This document shows, one piece after another, positions 36,683-46,724 of a stretch of DNA of 64,000 bases. A model generated the notes under the pieces. That model did not search any database. It had not been told where the DNA came from and saw only the letters and a list, made by a program, of their open reading frames with translations. The translations under genes were made by a program, and so were the position numbers. Source of the stretch: Ignavibacteria bacterium (GTDB lineage Bacteria > Bacteroidota > Ignavibacteria > Kapaibacteriales > Kapaibacteriaceae); NCBI GenBank assembly GCA_016873895.1, contig VGVV01000001.1, positions 287,286-351,285 of the forward strand. The letters are read 5' to 3'. The stretch's first letter is position 1; every line of letters begins with the position of its first letter.

Positions 36683-38581
36683 TTAGTCTTGAATAACAAT
36701 CTTAACAGAGCGGTTGGCAATGCGATCCATTGGCGTCGAGTTTTCACGTGCTTTCGACTGATATGTGCCTACCGTAATCCTGTCTTTGGGAATGCCACGA
36801 GTCAGCAATCGTTCGACCGCTGCGGCGGCCCGCTTCGATGCCAAGTCTGCATTTGACGCATCAGTACCAAGGTGATCTGTCGTTGCTATAAGCTCCACAC
36901 CCTTACCAGCAGCTACTGCCGCCGATAGTTCGGCGAAGGCTTGTTCGTTGAAGCTTGCAATCGTAGAGCTGTTAAAATCGAAATAGCAGAGTGTTGCTGG
37001 CGATGGCCCATTGGCAGACTGTCCGACGGGTACTTGCGTAAATGCTGTACGTGGTGCAATATCCGTAGAGATGATTTGCTGTTCAGAAGAAGCTGACGTA
37101 GACTCAAATGCTACCTGCCCCCGAACAGTGATAGTCTTTCCTTGCTGCATAGAACGAATAGCTGCAGAGTCTGCAACTACTGTTTGCATTGCCCCCTCAC
37201 CCTCGACACGCAACAGACGACCATCGATTGATGCTGTGATGTTTGAACTACAATTCGTATCGCATGTAACAATATGACCTACAGGAATGCGCAGTGGTGT
37301 TATACGTTCAATGCTATCTCGCGTGCGCTGAACACGAAAGATTTGTGCTGTGCCATTAACAAGAAACTGCACACTGCGATGCTCTTCTGCCAATTCAGGG
37401 TATTCAGCTGGAGTATGCTTGATAACTATCATTTCGAGCTGCTCGGCTGGTATACGCAGTAAGCGCATAACGTGTGACGCTCTCTCACGGGCAACCGCCT
37501 GCTCTTCGTCGTTGGCACAAGAACCAACAACAGTAAGCTTGACACCCGGATTCTGTATAGCATAGTCCGAAACGGCATTGACTACATCTTGCTGAAGCTG
37601 CGATGCAGGCTTCGCAACAGAGAGCACTTCGGTGCTATTCTTGGCAAAGAATAACACTGGTGCTGCATCTACATACTCCTTCGTGACGGCAACATTGATC
37701 ACATTTGAGAGCTGCGCCGGCAACATTTCCGGAATCATGAGCTTGGATGACAACACCGGCGTTCTAGCCTGAACGATGGGCGGAGGTGGTGGTGGCGGAG
37801 GTGGTGGGGCAACCTGCTGCTTAGGCATACGATAATGCACATTGAAACCTGCGCGGACCGATGTTACTCCCCACTGTACTGCAGAGGTCAGATTCGTAAG
37901 GCCTATAAGTGCCTCTATTCGCGGCTCGATGGTTCGTTGCGCATCGAATTCAAACATATATCCAATGCCAAGCACTGTGGCGATAAAGGGGCTGGCAGCG
38001 TCTGGCAGATCTACCTCGTACACACCACGAACCTTACTGCCGTTTTCGAAGGTATAGTTCTCATCTGCCGGCTGAATCAACTCTTCCTTTTGCGTAAACC
38101 GCGCACTCATCGGAAACCCAGCATACATTCCAATCGAGGCTGTTATCTGAGATCCGGCAATCTTCTGCAGTTGCACATATGGCTCGATGCCAATTGTAGA
38201 GTACGTAAGATCAATCGAGTGTCTGGATAATCCAGAAAACACTTGTTGGTCGTTTATGATGTTTCCCAACTCTTCATCATCAGTAAGCATTCCCGATAAT
38301 CCTACAGCACTTGCACGCATGCCATAGACATATGGCAAACCCAATAGCGTAGACTCAGGTGCGTGCGCGATATGGAACGAATAGCCAAGGTGAAGTCCAC
38401 TTCCGCCAGTATACTCAGGGCAACAAGCTGGAAAGCTTGACAGCTGACGAAAGCTTGCTGAGTGCAGATTAACACCTCCAGCAAGACCACCACCAATAAC
38501 TGTTCTAGTCAGTGTTGTGTCGGCAGCATGTGCATAAGCCGATAGTGCAAGCAGCAGACAACAGCGTACAAGGACCATCAT
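36683..38581 (-). CDS. OmpA-family outer membrane protein: N-terminal beta-barrel, poly-Pro linker, two OmpA-like peptidoglycan-binding domains.
   Basis: Signal peptide MMVLVRCCLLLALSAYAHA. Beta-strand-rich N-terminal 260 aa, then a PPPPPPPPPP linker. Two C-terminal modules each carry OmpA-like motifs, ending ...TDHLGTDASNADLASKRAAAAVERLL. Confidence 0.8.
   Translation of the reverse strand: MMVLVRCCLLLALSAYAHAADTTLTRTVIGGGLAGGVNLHSASFRQLSSFPACCPEYTGGSGLHLGYSFHIAHAPESTLLGLPYVYGMRASAVGLSGMLTDDEELGNIINDQQVFSGLSRHSIDLTYSTIGIEPYVQLQKIAGSQITASIGMYAGFPMSARFTQKEELIQPADENYTFENGSKVRGVYEVDLPDAASPFIATVLGIGYMFEFDAQRTIEPRIEALIGLTNLTSAVQWGVTSVRAGFNVHYRMPKQQVAPPPPPPPPPPIVQARTPVLSSKLMIPEMLPAQLSNVINVAVTKEYVDAAPVLFFAKNSTEVLSVAKPASQLQQDVVNAVSDYAIQNPGVKLTVVGSCANDEEQAVARERASHVMRLLRIPAEQLEMIVIKHTPAEYPELAEEHRSVQFLVNGTAQIFRVQRTRDSIERITPLRIPVGHIVTCDTNCSSNITASIDGRLLRVEGEGAMQTVVADSAAIRSMQQGKTITVRGQVAFESTSASSEQQIISTDIAPRTAFTQVPVGQSANGPSPATLCYFDFNSSTIASFNEQAFAELSAAVAAGKGVELIATTDHLGTDASNADLASKRAAAAVERLLTRGIPKDRITVGTYQSKARENSTPMDRIANRSVKIVIQD
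37779..37810. repeat. (GGN)n trinucleotide tract encoding the poly-proline linker of the OmpA-family protein.
   Basis: ggcggaggtggtggtggcggaggtggtggggc on the plus strand. On the coding (minus) strand it gives 10 consecutive Pro codons. Confidence 0.8.
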
Positions 38582-41500
38582 GGCCGCGTTACCACCATTG
38601 ACTGTGCATGCACTGCATCACCAGATCGAATGATCACCGTATAAACTCCACGTACAAACTGGCTCACATCAACACTCACAGTTGTAGATCCAAATAACGT
38701 ACCAAGATCTGCCGAGAACACCGTAGCCCCCTGACCATCAACTATGCTCAGGTTACCCTGCGTAGGGTATGCAGATGAGATTGCAACCGAAACATCATCA
38801 GCTGCCGGCACGGGATATATGGAGCGGATAACAGAGCCATTCTTGACAAAAACATGTCGGTTAGGATTCGGATTCGCTATTCGTAACAGCCCAGGCTTAT
38901 AACTTGTCGCTACAGATGTACCGAATGCGATTGCAGAAGTATCAAACATTACAACCGATGAATCAAACTCTGCTAAACCAGCGCGTCCGATAAGATGTGC
39001 GATAATATGCTCGCGCGCAACGAATGAGGCATTCAACTTCATCGTTATCGTTCGTGTGTCTCCATCAACAGTTTGAGAGACAATCTCTCCAGATCCGTCT
39101 ACTACGCGCAAAGAATCAGCATAGAAGTGCCGCTGGTAAACCTTCATGGAAATCTCGAGTGGACGGCTGCCCTTGTACTGAACGTTCTCACTGATGTTTG
39201 CCACAATGGGAAGTTCTGTCGTCTGCCTGGGGTCTACGCGCACATCCTGCATACGTACAATTGCACTGCCTTGATATGGTACCAGCTTGATACTTGTTGT
39301 TGCAGCACACGGCGTAACCTCGAATACGAGCTCATCATTTGCAGAGATTGGCCCACCCGTGTATCGAATGACCATTGTGATTGAATCACCTGGTGCCACA
39401 ACAACGGGAAACGTTGTTGTTGTTGCAAATGGGGCTCCTGCAGTAAACGTTGCAGCTTGCAGCGTAATTGGATTGCCCGTGGGATTCCCAAGCACGACAG
39501 TGCGCTCGGACACCTCTGGGATAAATGCGAGAATAGGATGCGACAGATTGATATCAGCCCCAGCACCTCTACCAAGCACACGAATGCTGCGCGTTACAAC
39601 CGATTGGCCAGCATAGTAGATCACGACGTTGTCTGTATCGTGGCCGCGCAATCGCGGTACAAACAGCACTTCAACAGACATACGCTCGCCAGGTTGCAGT
39701 GTGTCTCCGGGCTTATAACCTTGTACTCTGAATTGCGAGAAAACGCCTTTGCGCATGGAAATGCCATCTATCACAACAGGGATTGGATCGTTGTTCTGAA
39801 CAATAACGAATATTTTGCGGGCTGTATCGCGAACGCAGATATCACCATAGTCTGTCATATCTCCATAGGTAGCGAGATTTCTATCAACCGAACGGATAAC
39901 AATCGGCACACGGAATGTACGCTCGCAGGCGATAAGTTCAAGTGTATCTACGAGGTTGCCCGTGTCTTTGGCAACAGCACGAAACTGCACTTGCAAACAC
40001 TCCCCGGGACGTACCGTGTCTTGCTGCAAGGCACCACGCAGAGTCAACCACAGCCCTGAGAGAAGTTCGCCTCTCTCGAATATCACGGGCACAACTCCAG
40101 TATTGCAGATCGACCCACTGATCAGCGTGTCTACCGTTGCACCGATGTAGTGCACGCCGAATGAAAGCTGCGGTGTAGCCACGTCTAGAGGGACAATGCG
40201 GAATGTTGCATCTGATTCGTCGGACTCAGGCGTAATGATTCTACGAAGCAGGAGATTGTCACGGCTATCTTCAGAGCACGATGCTAATGTTGATCCATCA
40301 GCGCCATACTCTACATCGGTCATAAGCTGACTATGACCAGGCATGCCAGGGATTGGTCCTAGAATCTGACGGTTTACAACATCATACTGACGAATCTGTG
40401 GTTGCCCAGCAAAGCCCATGGTGATGTACGTCTCACTTGGGTTGATCGTTACACCAACAACGTTAGACCCCTCACGGTAAATCACACGGATAAGAGAGTT
40501 TGTTTGCGTGTCGTATACCAAGGTGCGTTGTTCTTGCGGCGAGTTTCCCTTGCCCTCGTTTGCTTCGCCTGCAAGCGCGATCAATCGGTTTGTTCTGGAT
40601 ACTGAGAGATCACGAATGGCCGGGCCCCCAACTCTTGGTAGGTCTGCATCGAAGCGATACACTTCGCGTCCAGCAGAAGGATCAAATCGCAGCACAACAC
40701 CATTGATCAGCGAAAGAACAAGTATGCCATCCGCTGAACGTGCGGCAGATGACGGAGCTTCCAACACAACGTCTGCACGCTCAGCTAGACTCGCACCATC
40801 ATACGTGCGAAGTCTAGCACTCATGAGGCCTGCTACGTATATAATCGCTGCATTGCTGTCGGAAATCATCTCTCCAGCGTTCGCATGATTTACTTCTGTC
40901 TTGGCTACGGGTGTAACCGTGCCGTTATTGAATCGCAGCAGCAGGTCTTTCGTTGGTGCTGGACGATCTACAATTGCGGCTAGACTCCGTGTTTGACCCA
41001 GATAGGATAGCTTCGATACCTTCGTCGATCCTGGGATAACCCCCTCTGCAACATATGAACTTATGATCGTTGAGGTGGCTACGTCCCATTCTACGATCAT
41101 CCCATTCTGATGAGCAACAGCGAGGTACTTACCATTGGCACTAAAGGCAATATTCGTTGCCGGAGAGCGCTCTCCGTAGAGCCATCGCGCACCAGAAGCC
41201 CCCTGCTTTTGGTACACACGAATCTTCGCGTTATCAGTATACTCTACCGGTACTTGCCACTGTATCGTTGAGTCAAGTGTGGAGTCAATGAGCTTCCATG
41301 ATTTGCCATTATCGACTGAGTACTCAACATGCGAATGGAAGCCCTGAATAGCCCCTTTCCACGTGATGGTAACGTTTTGGCAGGCGGCCAGATTTTCACC
41401 GCCATTAGGTGTAACTACTTTTAGAATTGTCGTGGGCTTATACGTAGGTGTGTTTGCGAAAAGCATCACTTCATGACGCATTCCACCCTCGTAGACAATC

Positions 41501-42255
41501 GTCAGTACGCCACTAATAGGCTGCGATGTTGTTGGACTGCAGTACAAGTCAAACCGATAGTCGGTACCAGCATCAACGCTTACTGGTGGTGCCTTAGCAC
41601 CGTATGTACCCTTCCACACGATTCGAAAGTTTGACGAGGATGTTCGCAGTGTATCAATTACCAGTCTGCGCTCATTACCCTGTGCATCTACCGAGGAGGC
41701 AAAAGTGCGCAGATTTAGCTTTCTCATTTGCTCCGAACCGGCAGCTACATCACCAAAGTCGAGATATAACGGCACTCTACGAAACAAACTGTCTACAACG
41801 AAGACAGAGCCACCCCTAGTTACCGGAAATGCATCCCATGCAATGGAAAGCTGGCCAACATCACCGCTACGCACAGCGTAGAGTACAAGATTCGCACTCG
41901 TTGTTGTTGGGATGCTGTTAACACGAGTGCTGAATGTAGAGGTCGTAAAACGCAATGTGTGAATGCCCGAACCCTCTTGTGTAAGATTTACGAGACGTCG
42001 AAAGACATTTACTTCAAGCAGATACAGATCTTTTACATCAACATTTGTTGGAGCCCCATTCAACGTTGCCCGAAAGCGAACTGTTATCTCGGGAAACTTC
42101 GACGCATCAACATAGGACCCTACACCAGGAATGGCCACACCGTTCAGTACAAGCTGAGCAGAGGCTGTGTATACAGCAGCAATGCCGCATAGCACCATGA
42201 TCAGTGCACGCAGAGTTATGCTGTTGGTACAGAGAGGTGTTCGTTGAGTGATCAT
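38578..42255 (-). CDS. Giant secreted surface protein (1225 aa) with a beta-propeller-like region and a T9SS-type C-terminal sorting domain.
   Basis: Signal peptide, an internal WD40/PQQ-like repeat region, and a C-terminal CTD (YPVPAADDVSVAISSAYP...GVYTVIIRSG). Its stop overlaps the start of the OmpA-family gene by 4 nt. Confidence 0.8.
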   Translation of the reverse strand: MITQRTPLCTNSITLRALIMVLCGIAAVYTASAQLVLNGVAIPGVGSYVDASKFPEITVRFRATLNGAPTNVDVKDLYLLEVNVFRRLVNLTQEGSGIHTLRFTTSTFSTRVNSIPTTTSANLVLYAVRSGDVGQLSIAWDAFPVTRGGSVFVVDSLFRRVPLYLDFGDVAAGSEQMRKLNLRTFASSVDAQGNERRLVIDTLRTSSSNFRIVWKGTYGAKAPPVSVDAGTDYRFDLYCSPTTSQPISGVLTIVYEGGMRHEVMLFANTPTYKPTTILKVVTPNGGENLAACQNVTITWKGAIQGFHSHVEYSVDNGKSWKLIDSTLDSTIQWQVPVEYTDNAKIRVYQKQGASGARWLYGERSPATNIAFSANGKYLAVAHQNGMIVEWDVATSTIISSYVAEGVIPGSTKVSKLSYLGQTRSLAAIVDRPAPTKDLLLRFNNGTVTPVAKTEVNHANAGEMISDSNAAIIYVAGLMSARLRTYDGASLAERADVVLEAPSSAARSADGILVLSLINGVVLRFDPSAGREVYRFDADLPRVGGPAIRDLSVSRTNRLIALAGEANEGKGNSPQEQRTLVYDTQTNSLIRVIYREGSNVVGVTINPSETYITMGFAGQPQIRQYDVVNRQILGPIPGMPGHSQLMTDVEYGADGSTLASCSEDSRDNLLLRRIITPESDESDATFRIVPLDVATPQLSFGVHYIGATVDTLISGSICNTGVVPVIFERGELLSGLWLTLRGALQQDTVRPGECLQVQFRAVAKDTGNLVDTLELIACERTFRVPIVIRSVDRNLATYGDMTDYGDICVRDTARKIFVIVQNNDPIPVVIDGISMRKGVFSQFRVQGYKPGDTLQPGERMSVEVLFVPRLRGHDTDNVVIYYAGQSVVTRSIRVLGRGAGADINLSHPILAFIPEVSERTVVLGNPTGNPITLQAATFTAGAPFATTTTFPVVVAPGDSITMVIRYTGGPISANDELVFEVTPCAATTSIKLVPYQGSAIVRMQDVRVDPRQTTELPIVANISENVQYKGSRPLEISMKVYQRHFYADSLRVVDGSGEIVSQTVDGDTRTITMKLNASFVAREHIIAHLIGRAGLAEFDSSVVMFDTSAIAFGTSVATSYKPGLLRIANPNPNRHVFVKNGSVIRSIYPVPAADDVSVAISSAYPTQGNLSIVDGQGATVFSADLGTLFGSTTVSVDVSQFVRGVYTVIIRSGDAVHAQSMVVTRP

Positions 42256-42285
42256 GAGTTAAAGAAGTCGAATAAGGGGCTGTCG

Positions 42286-43074
42286 TTACAGTGCATGTTC
42301 ATGTTCAAAGCGATCAAGAAACTCTGTTACAACTGCATCCGTAGAGGAACGCAATTGCTGAACGGTTCCATCAAACTGCACCTTCCCCTCGTGCAGCATA
42401 ATTACGTGATCGGCGATGTTGTACACGCTAAACATGTCGTGCGTGATAACAACAGATGTAACGTCAAGGTTCGTTGCAACGTACTTTACAAGGTGGTCTA
42501 TTTGTTGTGATGTAACAGGATCGAGGCCTGTCGTAGGCTCGTCGTAGAATACATATGCTGGCTTGCCCACAAGTGCACGTGCAACGGCGACACGTTTTCT
42601 CATACCACCCGATAAGTCGCTCGGACGCTTCTGACCCAGTATGGCGAACTCGTATTCGTATTCCGGAGCCCCCGCCATTTGATATGGTGGCAAAAGTCCA
42701 ACTGCACTAAGAACCCGCCGGCCCTCGCGTGCAAGAACGGATTTGTCGCTCACACCATGCTCTACAAGTCCGATAACAACATTCTCGAATACCGACAGCG
42801 AATCAAAGAGAGCCGCCCCTTGAAACACGTAGCCGATTGAACGGCGTATAGCAAAGATCTGTTCCTTTGTCATAGCGTCAATTGACGCACCATCGATGAG
42901 AACCTCTCCACTATCGGCATGTAACAAGCCTACTATATGCTTGAGTGCCACGCTTTTACCGCAGCCGGAACGACCTATGATGCAGGTTGTTTTGCCGTTT
43001 GGAATACCACAGGTTACGCCGTTCAAGACAACTTTGTTCCCAAACGACTTACGTATGTCGCGCAACTCAATCAT
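42286..43074 (-). CDS. ABC transporter ATP-binding protein, MlaF/Ttg2A-like.
   Basis: Walker A GRSGCGKS, signature LSGGMRKRVAVARAL, Walker B VFYDEPTTGLD and H-loop ITHD. 262 aa. Confidence 0.85.
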   Translation of the reverse strand: MIELRDIRKSFGNKVVLNGVTCGIPNGKTTCIIGRSGCGKSVALKHIVGLLHADSGEVLIDGASIDAMTKEQIFAIRRSIGYVFQGAALFDSLSVFENVVIGLVEHGVSDKSVLAREGRRVLSAVGLLPPYQMAGAPEYEYEFAILGQKRPSDLSGGMRKRVAVARALVGKPAYVFYDEPTTGLDPVTSQQIDHLVKYVATNLDVTSVVITHDMFSVYNIADHVIMLHEGKVQFDGTVQQLRSSTDAVVTEFLDRFEHEHAL

Positions 43075-44861
43075 GCATGGGCCTGATTCATTCGGGCACA
43101 GATCACATCAAGTGTACCAGTTGGTATTGCATCGATTAGACGCTTGGTGTAGTCTTGATGTGGGTTCGCATAAAGTTCGTTGGACGTGTTCATTTCGACA
43201 ATCTTGCCTGCATTCATTACGGCGATTCTGTCGCTAATGAACTTTACCACACTTAAATCATGCGAGATAAAGATATACGTCAGGTTAAACTCATCACGTA
43301 GCTGCACCAGCAGATTCAGCACTTGTGCCTGCACCGATACGTCGAGAGCGCTCACGCTTTCGTCGCAGATCAGCAGCTTTGGCTTTAAGGCCAGCGCGCG
43401 TGCGATGCAGATGCGCTGACGCTGTCCGCCGGAGAATTCGTGAGGGTAGTTTGAGAAGTGCCGAGGCAGAAGATTCACTTTATCAAGCAGATACAGAACG
43501 TGCTCTTTTCGCTCTTTCTCACTTGCGCCAATGTTATGCACGTTGAGCACTTCCATGATCGCACTGCCAACGCTTAGCCGTGGGTTGAGCGATGAATACG
43601 GATCTTGGAAGATGATCTGGAAGTCCTTGCGCATGGTCTTGAGTTCTGCAGCACCTAGCGAGCGGACGTCTTTCCCATCGAAGACAACCTTGCCGCCAGT
43701 TGGCTCTACAAGGCGCAACACAGCGCGGCCCGTCGTGGTCTTGCCGCAACCGGACTCGCCTACGAGACCAAGTGTCTCGCCTGGCATCACGGAGAACGAG
43801 ATGTCGTCTACAGCTTTTACATGACCTGTTGTTCGACCAAAGAACCCACTCTTGATTGGGAAGTGCACTTCCAGATTCTGTACATCAAGCAGGGGGCTTA
43901 TGGTTTTGAGCTTGGCGTTGCGCTCATCGATTTCTTGACGTGAGAACTCGAGTTCGTGCACGAGGGATTCAACCGTATCGCGAGTACGTGTTGTGATCGT
44001 TCCATCTTCTGCTTCGTCCATGAAGTCACGAACGGTCGGCAGAACCTTGAGTTTTTTGTCGAGTCGTGGACGGCAAGCCAGGAGCCCCTTGGTATAGGGG
44101 TGCTGTGGGTTCTCAAAGATTTGTTGCACAGAACCTTGCTCTACAATCTTGCCCTTGTACATCACGATTACATCATCGGCGATCTCAGCGATCACGCCAA
44201 GGTCGTGCGTGATGAACATCATCGACATGTTGTGTTGCTTCTGCAGCGAGCGCATCAGATCAAGGATTGTTGCCTGAACTGTAACGTCGAGAGCCGTTGT
44301 GGGCTCGTCGGCAATAAGCAGGTCTGGATTGCACGACATCGCCATGGCAATCATCACACGCTGTTTTTGTCCACCAGAGAGCTGGTGCGGATACGACGTC
44401 ATCATTTGCTTCGGACGCGGCAACTGTACTTCCTTGAGCAGTTGCAGTGTGCGCGCCTGAGCTTCTTCTTTGGACACGTTTTGATGTAGCCGAATTGCCT
44501 CGATGATCTGATCACCGCAGGTAAACACAGGGTTGAGCGACGTCATCGGCTCTTGGAAGATCATCGCGATGCGGTTACCGCGATACGTGCGCATGGTTTC
44601 TTCCGAAACCTGGAGCAGATCCGTGACCGATCCGTCCTTTTCGTAGAAGATTGCCTGCCCACCTGTAATCTTGCCAGGGGGCGAGGGGATGAGTCGCATT
44701 AAGCTTAGGCTGGTTACAGATTTACCGGAACCAGACTCTCCTACAATGCCAAGTGTGCGGCCTTTGTGGACGGTAAATGTTACGTCGTTTACGGCCTTGA
44801 CATCATAGACGTCTGAGCGGAATTCTGTGACGAGGTTTTTGACTTCTATCAACGGTTCCAT
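43071..44861 (-). CDS. ABC transporter ATP-binding protein with duplicated ATPase domains (DppD-DppF fusion type, YejF/GsiA-like).
   Basis: Two complete NBDs (GESGSGKS...LSGGQKQRV...ADEPTTALD; GESGCGKT...FSGGQRQRI...CDESVSALD). Both carry oligopeptide-type C-terminal extensions (HPYTKGLL; HQDYTKRLI). Overlaps the downstream ATPase gene by 4 nt. Confidence 0.85.
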   Translation of the reverse strand: MEPLIEVKNLVTEFRSDVYDVKAVNDVTFTVHKGRTLGIVGESGSGKSVTSLSLMRLIPSPPGKITGGQAIFYEKDGSVTDLLQVSEETMRTYRGNRIAMIFQEPMTSLNPVFTCGDQIIEAIRLHQNVSKEEAQARTLQLLKEVQLPRPKQMMTSYPHQLSGGQKQRVMIAMAMSCNPDLLIADEPTTALDVTVQATILDLMRSLQKQHNMSMMFITHDLGVIAEIADDVIVMYKGKIVEQGSVQQIFENPQHPYTKGLLACRPRLDKKLKVLPTVRDFMDEAEDGTITTRTRDTVESLVHELEFSRQEIDERNAKLKTISPLLDVQNLEVHFPIKSGFFGRTTGHVKAVDDISFSVMPGETLGLVGESGCGKTTTGRAVLRLVEPTGGKVVFDGKDVRSLGAAELKTMRKDFQIIFQDPYSSLNPRLSVGSAIMEVLNVHNIGASEKERKEHVLYLLDKVNLLPRHFSNYPHEFSGGQRQRICIARALALKPKLLICDESVSALDVSVQAQVLNLLVQLRDEFNLTYIFISHDLSVVKFISDRIAVMNAGKIVEMNTSNELYANPHQDYTKRLIDAIPTGTLDVICARMNQAHA

Positions 44862-44882
44862 AAGGGGTCAAAGATACCGAAC

Positions 44883-46187
44883 CTAGCTGGATAGAGCACG
44901 TCCTGCATTCACCTTCAAATAGATCGTCGAGGCCGTTCTGCCTACCGCCATGGCAATGGCCGCGGCCAGCGCCCCGTTCAGGTCAGTGAAGTTCACAAGG
45001 ACGATCATCACGGCTGTGATGCCCCCTACCTCGAGCGCCGTTGAAAGAGTTACCTTCACGTTTTGTCGGCTCGTTATCAGTACCGATCGATACAACGAGT
45101 AGGCAACTGCAATCGAAGGCAACGGGATGAGCAATATCGTGGGCCACACGGCATAATGAGCAAGGTATGAGTCCAACCCGTAGGCCATCATGTAGATGTC
45201 ATCAATAAGAGGCGTAAGCGCGAGTAGACCGAGAAGCACGGTGGTAACAACTACCGTTAGAATTGCCACCCTTCGAACCGCCCAATAATTTTCAAACTTC
45301 TTACCAATGAGAGCTACTCCTACTTCCTGATAAGAGAACCCAAAGCTGCGAAACAAGAACACGAAGGAGTCTACAACCGGCAACACAGCAAGCGAGGCAA
45401 TGGGGTTTGGCGCATGTACCATGAAGAACGACAGTGTAGGGGTTACCACAAATCCGATCAGCGAAGTGGCAGCAAGGGGCATCCAAAATGTTGTGATCTC
45501 AGCGTTTGTAAGGGGCAACCCATCTTGATGCGGACGCGCCTTGTATTCGCGAATGATCGGCTGGCACATCGCTCGAACAGCCGCCGCTTCTAGGAAAACC
45601 CCCGTTGTTAACGCGAGCGCCCCAACGATTACGCCCTCGAGTCCGGTAAACGAATACGATACAGCACTCACGATCACCACTAACATCCGCACGATCGTCC
45701 CGTAGGCAACAACCTTAGTGTGTCCGTTGCGAATCAGCAGTCCTTGGTACAAGCGCCTATATCCAATAGCTGCAGGCCAAGGCACAAGCACAACAATTGC
45801 CCAATACATGCGTGATGAAACTTCGCCTGGGAGCCCCATAAGTGTTGACGTAATCGTGTCAAAGACTACTGGGATGCAGAGGAGTAACATTCCAGCCGTT
45901 ACCCCAGCATTTACGTTGCGCGTAAATCGTCGCAGCTGTGTAAACGATGCCCAATCGCGGGCCAGCGCAACAGAGGTGCTCAACAGGTGAATCACCGGTG
46001 CTTCGATGAACATCGCCAGCGCAAAGGCCACGCCGTGAGCAGCCAGATTTAGCTCTGCATTGGGCAGGCGGGCAACAACAGATGCCACAACCGGTCCCTC
46101 AATGGCCATCATAAGCCACGTAAGACTGAGCGGTATCCAGAATCTGACAACATCGCGGGTGGTAAACATCTGGTAAATTAGCCCCAT
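44883..46187 (-). CDS. 12-TM membrane protein of the MOP/MATE-like flippase/efflux superfamily.
   Basis: 434 aa with 12 predicted helices arranged as two 6-TM halves. The family assignment is tentative. Confidence 0.6.
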   Translation of the reverse strand: MGLIYQMFTTRDVVRFWIPLSLTWLMMAIEGPVVASVVARLPNAELNLAAHGVAFALAMFIEAPVIHLLSTSVALARDWASFTQLRRFTRNVNAGVTAGMLLLCIPVVFDTITSTLMGLPGEVSSRMYWAIVVLVPWPAAIGYRRLYQGLLIRNGHTKVVAYGTIVRMLVVIVSAVSYSFTGLEGVIVGALALTTGVFLEAAAVRAMCQPIIREYKARPHQDGLPLTNAEITTFWMPLAATSLIGFVVTPTLSFFMVHAPNPIASLAVLPVVDSFVFLFRSFGFSYQEVGVALIGKKFENYWAVRRVAILTVVVTTVLLGLLALTPLIDDIYMMAYGLDSYLAHYAVWPTILLIPLPSIAVAYSLYRSVLITSRQNVKVTLSTALEVGGITAVMIVLVNFTDLNGALAAAIAMAVGRTASTIYLKVNAGRALSS

Positions 46188-46716
46188 GACGCATCACGAA
46201 GTACAAAAGCCGCCGCGAATCATCCTCTATGGCGTGCTCGGCGCAATGCTGTTCTCCGTTCTGTTTACAGGCGGCCTTATTTCTCTTGTGGAGTACGCCC
46301 AGGGTTCAGGTGGTCTGCAACATTCCAGCACGTGGATAGCTGTCGTTGTGCCATTCTTGATCACTGGCGTGACTGCGCTCACGATGTGGTACACGCGGCT
46401 ACATGTAACCATTGCCGACGAAGGTATTCGCATCAAGATACCTCCGTTTCATCTTGGTGGCGGACGCCTCATTGTATGGTCCGACATACAGTCGATAACC
46501 CTACGTAAGGTTAGCCCCTGCGGAGAATTTGGCGGCTGGGGCATCCGATGGAACCTCGGTAACCGCATGGGCTATGTATGGAACGGCAAGCAAGGCATGG
46601 ATCTCGTGCTCACCAGCGGCAAACGCGTTGTTGTAACCCTCATGGATATGCAGGGGGCTCGTCTGGCACTCCAAGATCGAGGTATAGAGATAACCGACCA
46701 CGCCCCGATTGCCTAA
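46186..46716 (+). CDS. Hypothetical membrane protein (2 TM plus a bPH-like soluble domain).
   Basis: 176 aa. Two N-terminal TM helices, then a roughly 100-aa domain. Its start overlaps the divergent 12-TM gene by 2 nt. Confidence 0.55.
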   Translation: MTHHEVQKPPRIILYGVLGAMLFSVLFTGGLISLVEYAQGSGGLQHSSTWIAVVVPFLITGVTALTMWYTRLHVTIADEGIRIKIPPFHLGGGRLIVWSDIQSITLRKVSPCGEFGGWGIRWNLGNRMGYVWNGKQGMDLVLTSGKRVVVTLMDMQGARLALQDRGIEITDHAPIA

Positions 46717-46724
46717 TTTGCAGA

